From NCBI GenBank assembly GCA_024331125.1, contig JANDJI010000001.1, positions 1 through 32,000 of the forward strand: DNA of 32,000 nucleotides. Reading direction: 5' to 3'. Under the pieces are notes generated by a model. The model did not search any database, had not been told where the DNA came from, and was given only the letters and a program-made list of their open reading frames with translations. This DNA is from Nitrospira sp. GTDB taxonomy: Bacteria; Nitrospirota; Nitrospiria; Nitrospirales; Nitrospiraceae. Shown piece after piece: positions 1 through 8,151 of this stretch. Positions within the stretch are counted from its first letter, which is position 1; each line of letters begins with the position of its first letter. The position numbers were made by a program, and so were the translations under genes.

Positions 1-124
1 AATACCCAAACGTCCGCTGATACAACACCCAAAAAATCCCAATCGCCAACATCGCAAACCACCCAATCTTCCACGGCCGCGAATCATACCACTGCGAAAT
101 GTCATAGCCCCGCTCTGCCGCCAT
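1..124 (-). CDS. amoC: Ammonia monooxygenase subunit C (AmoC/PmoC family), 5' end only; gene continues beyond the left edge
   Basis: Absent from the ORF track (under 60 aa). The reverse complement of 1-124 translates to [41 protein letters not shown]. This matches the conserved N-terminal block of betaproteobacterial-type AmoC as I recall it (YD.S.WYDS...K.G...ML....FW..YQR.F.Y). A Shine-Dalgarno AAGGAGGG (plus coordinates 132-139) lies 7 nt upstream of the ATG at 124-122. Confidence 0.75.
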   Translation of the reverse strand, partial: MAAERGYDISQWYDSRPWKIGWFAMLAIGIFWVLYQRTFGY

Positions 125-694
125 AATGAATCCCTCCTTACGATTAGGTTAAGTTATCGGGCTTACGACTCTTACTGTAAACACCATGAAGTAATGCGCT
201 TCTATAAAAGTCCACCTTGAATGACGAGAGTATCCGATAAAGCTCCATCGCGAGTCAAGCGAAAATATCCGCCTCTGACCATTAGGACATCTTGCTTCCA
301 ACCGAAGTTCAGCCTTGCTTTTTCACAATTCATGTCATGCATGAGCTTTTTAAGCTCCCGGTAATGGCCATTGCTCCAAATCTAATGGACAATCGACGAC
401 AAGGAGGTAGAGGTAATGGGTGACCTGTGGGTTGCACACAAAAATGCTTTCCAACATGAAAACGGTCTCTCTCGATCCTGACTCTCCAAAACCTCCTCCC
501 GTATTAACCCAAGCAATGACTGACGAACCCGCTTATTTGTTGGGATGTCGAATCAAAACTCGGTGGTGGTACCATACCAATTTTAGGCAGGTTCTTCAGA
601 AAGTCCCTCAAATTCCTTGACTAGATTTGCATCCGGCTATGCTGGTGCCCACGGTCGTCACCAGCCCCACATACGCGACTTGCAGGCACAGGCA

Positions 695-1921
695 TGAGGG
701 TTCTGCCCTGATTTTACGGGCGCCTGACTGAAGACCCATAATGGGGCAGGCGGGGTGTCATGGGAGCACGAGGGCAGTTTACAGCCGAGGACAAACGAGA
801 CGCGGTGGCGATGCTCGATGTACCGGGGGGATGACGGTGAGCCAAATCGCTGCGATTTAGGCATCGGAGCGAATGTCTTGTGTGGTGGCGCCGCGAGTTG
901 CGCCAAGCCCCCAAGCCGGTGTTCGTGGCAATGGGCGAGTTCGAGATGAAGAGATGCGCCAGCTCCATCGCGAGTTGGCCCGGATCACGAAGGAGCGGGA
1001 TTTGTTGCGAGAAGCGGCAGCGTGCTTCGCGAGAGCGTCGACGTGAAGGTTCGGATGATCCAACGATGCCGCGACGCATTTCCCATCCGATTGATGTGTC
1101 GGTGTTAACGAATGTCGGCCAGCGGGTCGTACGGCTGGGTGGCGCGCGTGCCGAGTACGCGGACCCCAGGAGAACGTCCAGCTCCTGACCCGGATTCGGC
1201 AGCTCCATGCTGATTCCGACGGCATCATCGGAAGCCCGCGCACCGGGGAGCATCTACGCTACGCTGGGGAGCGGTGTGGGCGGCATCGGGTCGCCCGCCT
1301 GATGCGCCAGGCCGACTTGCGTGGCGTCCCGCAGCGACGACGCTGACGCACCAAGACATCAGGGACACCTCCAGCTGAAACCTGCAACCATTTGGAGCAA
1401 GACTGCACGGCCACTGCCCCCAACACGAAAAGGGTGACCGATATCACGTATGTGCGGACGGCCGAACACTGGCTGTACTTGGGTGTCGCCCTTAATTTGT
1501 ATATTCAGGGCTCGTGGTGGGCTGGTCCATGAGTGCGCGGCAAGATCGCCACTTGGTCATCCAAGCGGTCCTCATGGCCATCGGCAGCGGCCCACCCGCA
1601 CACCGGTCATTCTCCATTCCGATCGGGCTGCCCGTTTACCTCTGACGGGTACCGGCGGTTTCTGGCCGCCCATCAGGTAATCGGGAGCATGAGTGCGGTA
1701 GGCAGTTGCGCCGACAACGCCACGGCCGAGAGTTTCTTGGGCCGCCTTAAACGGGAACGGGTAAACCGACGGCGGTACCGGACGAGGAGCGAGGCAAGAG
1801 TGGATAGCGTTGACGACATCGAGCGCCGGCACAATCCCCGGCAGCGGCGGAGACTCCATCAGCAGCAACAGGGGGAGAAACTCTTAACATAACTGTCCGT
1901 GGAAACGGGGGAGAACCCCTC
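695..1921 (+). mobile_element. Heavily degraded IS3-family insertion sequence (orfA/orfB remnants broken by several frameshifts and stops)
   Basis: Manual three-frame reading gives the following pieces.
- orfA-like: RGQFTAEDKRDAVAMLD, MTVSQIAA, and the leucine-zipper end EEMRQLHRELARITKERDLLREAAACFARAST*.
- orfB-like: FPIRLMCRC*, ENVQLLTRIRQLHADSDGIIGSPR, VTDITYVRTAEHWLYLGVALNLY, SMSAVGSCADNATAESFLGRLKRERV..YRTRSEA.
These lie in different frames and are interrupted by stops. Imperfect terminal inverted repeats: tgagggttctgccctgattttacgg at 695 versus the reverse complement of ccgtggaaacgggggagaacccctc ending near 1921. Boundaries are approximate. Confidence 0.7.
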
Positions 1922-2443
1922 CGGATTTCCAAACCCTGTGATTGCACAGAACCTCCCTCTCTTTCTACTCACGATCGAATTCCAATCGTCGCCCCTCTTA
2001 ACTCTTTTTGTTGGAGTTTACTTTTATTGTAGCGCCTTTCATAGGGCAAAATGACGGGCCTCTTTCGATGACAAACCTCACAGCCCATCCCATTTCTATG
2101 CCTAGAATTTGATTTTTCCATCTTGCTGGGCGACTATCCTTTGGCCTTTCACCTGCCGTTTCTCTCGCGTTGATGGAGCCTTGATGGGGCCCTTTTCGGC
2201 TGCGCCGCAGCTGTATCTGCTCTCGCATACGACTTCCACCTTCCGACTTCTCGGATGAAGAAAATCTCGCCTCGGTCTGTCTGTTGAGTAGATAGCTCCG
2301 CCCTTCTGAGGTGGGGACATCCCGCTAAAATGGCCGCCGATACATCCTTTTTCTCTAAGAGAAAAGAGCCACCTGCCCCAGATCGGTTTCCTCCGCCCAC
2401 GATTTCCTTGGGCACACCATGGGGCATACTGCTTCTGCAAGAT

Positions 2444-3610
2444 ATGGAGGTGACTCCGGCGAAATCGAAAGCGGAGCGAGACCGCTTTTTCTCGCGAAAG
2501 AAGACGGACGTGATGCTACAGGGCGAGGGTCTTGATCTGGTCTCCCCTAAAGGGGAGATCACCACCGCGACGGTATCGACATGGCCGAACCAGTTGGCCC
2601 TTAGGGGCCAGGCTGGCTTGAAAAACCGGCCACCGATAGATGCGGCGAGGCAGTTGGAACCCTCACGGGAGGCGGTCCAGCGGCTTCCAGATGATGCCCC
2701 TTTGATCCAGTGAGAGATCGACACGATGAGCCACGCCACGTCGCCTTCTATTCAGCGTCCGCCTGGTGTGGTTCGGATGTGTAACGAGTGGCACCAGGCC
2801 CGGTCCACGGGCTATCATCAACAGACCCGTGCCGAGGGGCTGCTTGCTGGCCCAGCCAAGCGCGGCTCAAAGACGGTGCCTACAGACGAGGGCTCACCAC
2901 GCCATTAGGCACGCGCTTGCGGCTTTGCCCTTTCTCGGCGAAGGGCATCAAAGGCTGGGCACGCCTGCCAGCACAGAGCATTTGCACGCCCAGCCCACGC
3001 GTGTTGCGGCTCATGCGGCAGGCCAATCTCTTGGCCCCCAGTCAGGCACCACGCGCTGTGGGGCTACGGATCCACCGAAGGCACCATCGCCACGGAGGGT
3101 CCGAGTCAGCGGTGGGGCACGAATGCAACCAGCACCGTGACGGGGCAGGACTGAGCGGTCACGGTCTTTGTTGGTATAGATCATTGCACCGTTGAAGGGA
3201 ATCGACATCCATGCTTCGAAGCGGGTCACCCGTTTCGAAGCCTTGGCGAATCGGCGCCAAGGCGTGTGGCAGCAGTTCGGCGCCGTCTCATCCGACATTG
3301 CGATGGGCCTGCAGGTGCGGCGTAATTATGGCAGTCAGTAGATGAACCAGGGTTTTCAGGGGAACTCTGGTTTCTCGATATCACATCGAGTCCGGCATGC
3401 GTGTGTGCCCCGGAAGGTAACGGTGTCACGAAACGGTTCACGCACACGCTCAAGGAGCAGATGCTGTGGGCGCGTTCCAGACCGTGGAGGTTCGATCTCC
3501 ACGACTGACTGCGTTGCTATTACAATGGCTCGTTGAACGGTATGGGTTTCGGCGCCCGTTCAGGTTCGCCGAGACTTCCTCGCGACGTCGGCCAACCGCA
3601 TGAGGGGACA
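2444..3610 (+). pseudogene. Degraded DDE (rve/integrase-core) transposase pseudogene with N-terminal HTH remnant
   Basis: Fragments are spread over all three plus frames.
- N-terminal: LQGEGLDLVSPKGEITTATVSTWPNQLALRGQAGLKNRP, ALAALPFLGEGHQRLG, RVLRLMRQANLLAPS.
- Core: EGTIATEGPSQRWGTNATSTVTGQD*AVTVFVGIDHCTVEG, RFEALA..RQGVWQQFGAVSSDIAMGLQVRRNYGSQ*.
- C-terminal: FQGE..FLDITSSPACVCAPEGNGVTKRFTHTLKEQMLWAR, FQTVEV...LVERYGFR.P.QVRRDF.
Together they reconstruct a transposase of the HTH plus rve type, but with multiple frameshifts and in-frame stops. Ends are approximate. Confidence 0.6.
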
Positions 3611-3956
3611 AATAAAGCAGCGAATCCGGAGGACCGGCGGATCACGTAGACACGACGCACACCGGTGACTTAGGAACAACCATTGCCGAGCAACGAACCC
3701 GGAAGTGGGATCGAATACGGCTACACCCGTGTCAAGCAACCACAAACGATACCGGTTTCAAAAGAACAAACAATGGTACGGTGAACCAATGGGGATAGCC
3801 GTTCGCTGAACGGTCGTAGTTGAGCAATCAAGAGCGGGACTGGGGTAAAATTGAATAAAACAATCGATTCTGTTCATAGGGACGGAAACGTCGCTTATGA
3901 ACCATCGACTTCATGGCAGATATTCTTTAGGTAGCTTGCAGAAGGAGGCTCTCTCC

Positions 3957-4718
3957 GTGGAAACGACTGATTTTATTATTCCACAACGTGGAGACGATAC
4001 AGCCGGTCAATTCTTGGTTGTCACGCTGCATTCAATTCAAGTCGGGATGCCTCGTACGTTCGGTAGCGTGGATGCGACAGACCGAATGGACTCTCCATGG
4101 ACAACCGGTTTCTTCAAAGAACCGGTTCGCGGACCAGTCGGAGTCGGACTATGTAACCTGGAGGGCGATGGGCAGGCAGATCTCGTGAATCATGGAGGTT
4201 CGGAAAAAGCAATCAATGTATATCCTCTAGAGCATTATAATTATTGGAAATGCACTCTTGGATTGGCAGATTTGCCCTATGGCGCCTTTGGAGAAAACTT
4301 TACGACGACCGGGTGCTTGGAATCAGACGTCTGCATCGGAGACATTTTTACGGTTGGAGAAACCGTCGTTCAGATCTCGCAACCTCGACAACCGTGTTGG
4401 AAATTGTCGCGACGATGGCGTATACGGGATCTTGCGCTGAGAGTCCAGGAGACGGGTCGTACCGGCTGGTATTTCCGTGTCCTGAAAAAAGGAACGGTCG
4501 AGGCGGGAGCACCGATGGTTTTGATCCAACGCCCTTGTCCGCAATGGACCGTGCACGAGGCCAATCAAGTGATGCACCAATGTGCACAGGATGTTGACGC
4601 GGCAAGAAGGCTGTTGAACTGCCATTTTCTCAGCGAGCGTTGGCGTGAAACTCTGAGAAAGCGCATCGCAACCGGCATGATCAGCAGCGGCACTGCCAGA
4701 CTTTTTGGCCCCAACTAG
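3957..4718 (+). CDS. MOSC domain-containing protein (YiiM-like, with C-terminal helical extension)
   Basis: The ORF contains VNHGGSEKAINVYPLEHYNYW and GAFGENFTTTGCLESDVCIGDIFTVGETVVQISQPRQPCWKLSRRW, which carries the invariant MOSC cysteine. I place the start at GTG 3957 because GAAGGAGG (3941-3948) lies 8 nt upstream. The ORF track's ATG at 3897 is the alternative. This gene is visibly less GC-rich than the backbone: positions 4201-4260 have 20/60 G+C. Confidence 0.8.
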   Translation: METTDFIIPQRGDDTAGQFLVVTLHSIQVGMPRTFGSVDATDRMDSPWTTGFFKEPVRGPVGVGLCNLEGDGQADLVNHGGSEKAINVYPLEHYNYWKCTLGLADLPYGAFGENFTTTGCLESDVCIGDIFTVGETVVQISQPRQPCWKLSRRWRIRDLALRVQETGRTGWYFRVLKKGTVEAGAPMVLIQRPCPQWTVHEANQVMHQCAQDVDAARRLLNCHFLSERWRETLRKRIATGMISSGTARLFGPN

Positions 4719-5099
4719 ACTGCTGATGATTGGTTATGGTTAGCCCGTGGTATTTTCTGACGCTGCACTCTTCCAACAAATAGCAAAATTGTGTCGATTC
4801 CCACTCCTTTCCGGATGGGAACCTGCCGTGTAATTAGGACCAAGAGGCCTTGGAGCAATTGTTTGCTCCGTTCTCGCAGCTAGCTCGCAGGGCTTTTCAT
4901 GAGGGCCGGGATGGTTATCATGAGATCACGGCGGGCGTTTCCGTCGAGCACACACGTGCAGCGGTGGCGATACAGCTCCCCTGATAGTCTGCTCCGGGGA
5001 CCGGCTCCCATGCCGCGATCCACAGGAGCGGTGAAGTATGGATTCCTTGCGTGATACCTGCGTGATACCTGGCCGACGGACTGTAGTGCTCCCCTGGAA

Positions 5100-5930
5100 T
5101 CAAGCCACCTGGGTTGACTGTTGCGCGCGGAATTGAACGGGACTCCGGTACCCGAGCGCTTGATGCGGCCGCTCCTGGTTGTACCACTGGAGCCACTGCC
5201 GAATGACCGGCCGCGCCTCCTCGAACGTCTGAAAGGCATGCTGCCAGACACACTCTTCTTTGAGACTGCGAAAGAACCGCTCGATGATCCCATTCTGCTC
5301 CGGCGTATAGGGCGTGATGAATTCCTGCTGCAGCCGATAGTCTCGACAGGCCTGCCGAAACCGGCGACTCTGGAAGATCAGCCCCTTGTCGCTGCGGAGG
5401 ACCGGCGCGCCCACCGGACGCACCGTCCCAAACCGCTGCCGGCACGCCGCTTCGACGGCCCGTTCCGCCTCCTTGGCCCGGCGACGTAACGCGAACTCCT
5501 AGCCGATGACTTCCCGATCGTGACAGTCGATCACCGCGGCCCGATGGGCCCAGCCATCGTGGCCACAGGGAATCTGCGTCACATCCATCGCCCACCGTTC
5601 GTTGCTCCGACTGGCCCGACTCACCCAGCCCCGGACGCGAGGACGCGGGGTGGCGACGCGTTGCTGGACGAACCAGCCGTGCTGCTTCAGCACGCGATCC
5701 ACGGCTTTGCGATTCACCAACAGTCGGTCCCGAAATCGCAACTGCACCCACAACCGACGATACCCACACGTCGGATGCTGTTGAATCCAATACCGCAACC
5801 GCTCCAGCCACGGCGGCTCCGTGCAGCCTCGGCGTCGTGCCGCTCCGGTGGCCCGGTGCAAGCCGGCTCGGCTCACGCGGAGCCCCTGACAGCTCCGTCG
5901 CGCGGAGACACCCGACACGCGGGCTCTCAC
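5100..5930 (-). pseudogene. IS3-family transposase OrfB (rve DDE integrase core) interrupted by an in-frame TAG
   Basis: ORFs 5499-5930 and 5100-5423 are in the same frame and are separated by TAG at 5501-5499. The joined reading is ...AVIDCHDREVIG*EFALRRRAKEAERAVE...SDKGLIFQS...TPYTPEQNGIIERFFRSLKEE...YNQERPHQALGYRSP. In IS2 InsD the aligned position is Trp (..CDREALHW..), so a TGG to TAG change is the simplest explanation. Confidence 0.8.
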
Positions 5931-6259
5931 GCGTCGGCTGTCTTCCGGTCCAAAGGGTAGGGGTTCAAGGCCTCCCGTAAGATGTCGTTGTCCAAGACCA
6001 GATCCCCGATCTGCTGCTTCAACTTCTTGATCTGTTCGTCCTTCAAGGCCTCATCGTCCTTGGGCCGAGTCCGGAGCGCGTTCTCCGCCCCCAGGAGAAA
6101 CTTCTCGCGCCACTCCTCTACCTCCGCCACGGTCAGGCCGTGCTGCCGGGCCGCCTCGGCCACGGAGGTCTCGCCCTTCAGAATGCTGACGATCAACGCC
6201 ACCCGGCGCTTCGCCATCCATCGTTCAATGGGTTCTGCTGCTTCTGCTGCCATCGCCAC
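5927..6259 (-). CDS. IS3-family transposase OrfA (HTH DNA-binding plus leucine-zipper)
   Basis: 110-aa intact ORF. It contains KGETSVAEAARQHGLTVAEVEEWREKFL (helix-turn-helix) followed by the heptad-like IKKLKQQIGDLVLDNDILREAL, typical of IS3/IS2 OrfA. Confidence 0.85.
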   Translation of the reverse strand: MAMAAEAAEPIERWMAKRRVALIVSILKGETSVAEAARQHGLTVAEVEEWREKFLLGAENALRTRPKDDEALKDEQIKKLKQQIGDLVLDNDILREALNPYPLDRKTADA

Positions 6260-6572
6260 CTCCTCGGTCCACGCCAGGACCTTGTCGTAGAGGTGGTCTC
6301 AATTTCAAGAGGAGCAGGATAACCTCGCCTTGGCGGGAGAGCTTACAAGACCAAACAGAACACCGATCCCGTCCTCTGCTCCGATCAAGAACAGTCCCAG
6401 AACGGGGGCAACATCACCAAGATCACACAATTCCTTCATTCGTGGAAATTTTTAGGGGAAGGGGATTGAATAGAAAAGCGATCTAACCAGCTATGACAGA
6501 GAAAGAGACCGATTTTTCTTCATTAAAAAGAAGAGTTCATCGATTTTGTTAAAACTATGACATAGGACCAAA

Positions 6573-6609
6573 GGAGGGTACCTGCCATGAATGATGCAGG
6601 TACCCCTCC
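6573..6609 (-). terminator. Candidate intrinsic terminator downstream of cycB
   Basis: GC-rich hairpin: ggagggtacctgc (6573-6585), a 10-nt loop, then gcaggtacccctcc (6596-6609; one bulged base). On the minus-strand transcript the stem is followed by CCUUUGGUCCU, a short and imperfect U tract. It lies 78-114 nt beyond the cycB stop. Confidence 0.45.
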
Positions 6610-6686
6610 AGCTCACGATTGCCTATGAAGCATCCGCCTCAATAACTGATAGCTGACCGATCGATGACCGGAAAAAGATGGCATAC

Positions 6687-7292
6687 TTAGTCGTCCTTTC
6701 CATCTTCTTCTTCGTCCTCATCCTTCTTCTTTTTCACTTCCTTCAACACAGGTTTCCCCTGTGCCAAACTGGCATTGAGATCGTGCTCCGGGACTTTCTT
6801 ATGCACTAGGTTCTGATGGCAATCAATACAGGTCGCACCCTCAGTTTGCATCTTTGCATGAGCCGCCTTAGCAGAGGCACCAGGTGGCTTTGTGTTTTTA
6901 TGGCAAGCCCGACATGTCAGACTATCCCATTCCTTGAGTTTCATTCGTGCCCGGTATGCAGCTGCCGGACGATGCTCATTGAATTTCTCGACCGTGGAGT
7001 AGTCCGTCGTGAATTCTTTGATCAAGAATGGTACGCCGTCCACCACGTGGGTATAAATCGCCTTGTGGAAGTTAGAAAAACCTTGCGGCACATGGCAATC
7101 CTTGCAACCTGGGTCCATCCCGAGGGCACCCCAATGAGAGGATTTCTTCAACTCTTCATAGGGATAAGTTTCCGAATGACAGCTAACACAAAACTCCGTT
7201 CTCGATATTGCAGCCTCGCCCCCAAACACGACGGCGACACCCACAATACCCAGAACCCCACCAAGAATGAGTGTACCGGCCTTTCCTGACAT
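6687..7292 (-). CDS. cycB: Membrane-anchored tetrahaem cytochrome c, NapC/NirT family (cytochrome cM552)
   Basis: N-terminal TM helix (GTLILGGVLGIVGVAVVFGG). Four CXXCH motifs: CVSCH, CKDCH, CRACH, CIDCH. It sits immediately after cycA, as in hao-cycAB clusters. Its ATG overlaps the cycA stop (TGATG), with GAGGAGGA just upstream. Confidence 0.9.
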   Translation of the reverse strand: MSGKAGTLILGGVLGIVGVAVVFGGEAAISRTEFCVSCHSETYPYEELKKSSHWGALGMDPGCKDCHVPQGFSNFHKAIYTHVVDGVPFLIKEFTTDYSTVEKFNEHRPAAAYRARMKLKEWDSLTCRACHKNTKPPGASAKAAHAKMQTEGATCIDCHQNLVHKKVPEHDLNASLAQGKPVLKEVKKKKDEDEEEDGKDD

Positions 7293-8011
7293 CAGTCCTC
7301 CTCGACCTTATCCGCTTTCACAGGCGGTTTGGCGTTCTTCTGGAATTCTTCATGGAACTTCGGAGTTGGAGGCCCGGTAAATGTGCCTGCCAACTTGAAA
7401 TGCTCATGCATAGCCTTGTCGTTCCGCACAGATTTATCAAAGTCAAACGCATACTTTTTATCGACAGCGGGAGTGAAAGGAGTATAGGGTTTCTTGACGC
7501 CTTTCCAGCCTGATCCTTCGTAGTTTAGATGACACGCATTACACTTCTCCACAAACTCGAAGTCTTGTCCCGCCTCAACGAGTGACTCGCGTGGAGTTTG
7601 TTTTTGAGACTTTTCAAATGCTTCTCCGGCTTTCCGATGGATTTTTCGATAATCACTCCCCGCCCCATGACAGGATTCACAACCTACGCCTATAAGGAAC
7701 TTGTCAGGCTCTTCAATTGTATAACCGCCTTCCATACCCCAGCCGGTCACATGGCATCCTACACAGTCCTTATCTTTTGTATAGTCCTTTTTGGGATCAA
7801 GCTTTGCTTTGAGCTTCGCTTCTTTCCTCGTATTGGGTTTGAGGGATTCCATAGCTTTGGCATGGAGCGTTTTATCCCAGGATTCTCCCTGGCTTTTGTG
7901 GCAGTTGTAACATTTTTTTCTACCCTCAAACGTTCCCTCGGCTGATGCAGTTCCCGCCAACACAAGAAAAACCGCCACCGCGGCAAGTGCGGATATTGCT
8001 CGATAGTTCAC
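7292..8011 (-). CDS. cycA: Tetrahaem cytochrome c554
   Basis: Four CXXCH motifs: CYNCH, CVGCH, CESCH, CNACH. Long stretches match my recollection of Nitrosomonas c554 (FEGRKKC..CHK, HAKAMESLKPN, KAKLDP.KDYT.DKDCVGCHV, GGYTIE, GVGCESCHG, CHLNYEGS.WKG.K.PYTPFTP, KAMHEH.KL). I place the start at GTG 8011 (AAGGAG 5 nt upstream), which gives the signal peptide MNYRAISALAAVAVFLVLAGTASA. The track's TTG at 8080 adds 23 implausible residues. Confidence 0.9.
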   Translation of the reverse strand: MNYRAISALAAVAVFLVLAGTASAEGTFEGRKKCYNCHKSQGESWDKTLHAKAMESLKPNTRKEAKLKAKLDPKKDYTKDKDCVGCHVTGWGMEGGYTIEEPDKFLIGVGCESCHGAGSDYRKIHRKAGEAFEKSQKQTPRESLVEAGQDFEFVEKCNACHLNYEGSGWKGVKKPYTPFTPAVDKKYAFDFDKSVRNDKAMHEHFKLAGTFTGPPTPKFHEEFQKNAKPPVKADKVEED

Positions 8012-8151
8012 GGTAACTCCTTTCACTAAAAAAGAACTTTTGTTCTTATCGAATAGCTGTACATCTTCAGTTGTCTTCAAATCGCTTATTTATAGTTAAA
8101 ATACCATGACTGCGTGCTGATTATCATCACAGTTTTTACGCCGTCGCATGC

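Larger units (their letters stand above)
5087..6316 (-). mobile_element. IS3-family (IS2-like) insertion sequence, about 1.23 kb, with TG...CA termini; transposase inactivated by one nonsense codon
   Basis: orfA (5927-6259) and orfB (5100-5930) overlap in the GTGA arrangement. Imperfect terminal inverted repeats: tgctcccctggaatcaagccacct (5087-5110) versus the reverse complement of aggtggtctcaatttcaagaggagca (6291-6316). No flanking target-site duplication was recognised (tag versus gga). Confidence 0.75.

Noticed and set aside
420-620. A 66-aa plus-strand ORF, and a 21-codon ORF behind AAGGAGG at 402-408, in the amoC upstream region.
   Set aside because: There are no recognisable motifs, the composition is odd, and the region is AT-rich and probably regulatory. 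The evidence is insufficient to call a gene.
658-1253. Minus-strand ORFs of 82, 179 and 128 aa.
   Set aside because: They are antisense to the degraded IS3 relic and have no recognisable domains. The plus-strand transposase fragments explain the sequence.
2149-2739. A 196-aa minus-strand ORF, with overlapping ORFs at 1998-2440.
   Set aside because: It has no motifs or ribosome-binding site and lies antisense to, or adjacent to, the N-terminal remnant of the degraded transposase. It is probably non-coding debris.
3484-3502. A tRNA T-arm-like hairpin, GTGGAG-GTTCGAT-CTCCAC.
   Set aside because: No matching acceptor stem, D-arm or anticodon arm can be built from the flanking 70 nt. It lies within the transposase pseudogene reading (..FQTVEVRSP..).
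4880-5811. Minus-strand ORFs 4880-5293 (137 aa) and 4918-5811 (297 aa).
   Set aside because: They are alternative frames running through the IS2-like orfB and its flank. They are Arg/Ser/Gly-rich with no motifs. The transposase frame explains the region.
6587-6628. A 13-codon mini-ORF (MNDAGTPPAHDCL) behind an AAGGAGGG-like sequence.
   Set aside because: The apparent ribosome-binding site and ORF are simply the two arms and loop of the terminator-like hairpin after cycB.
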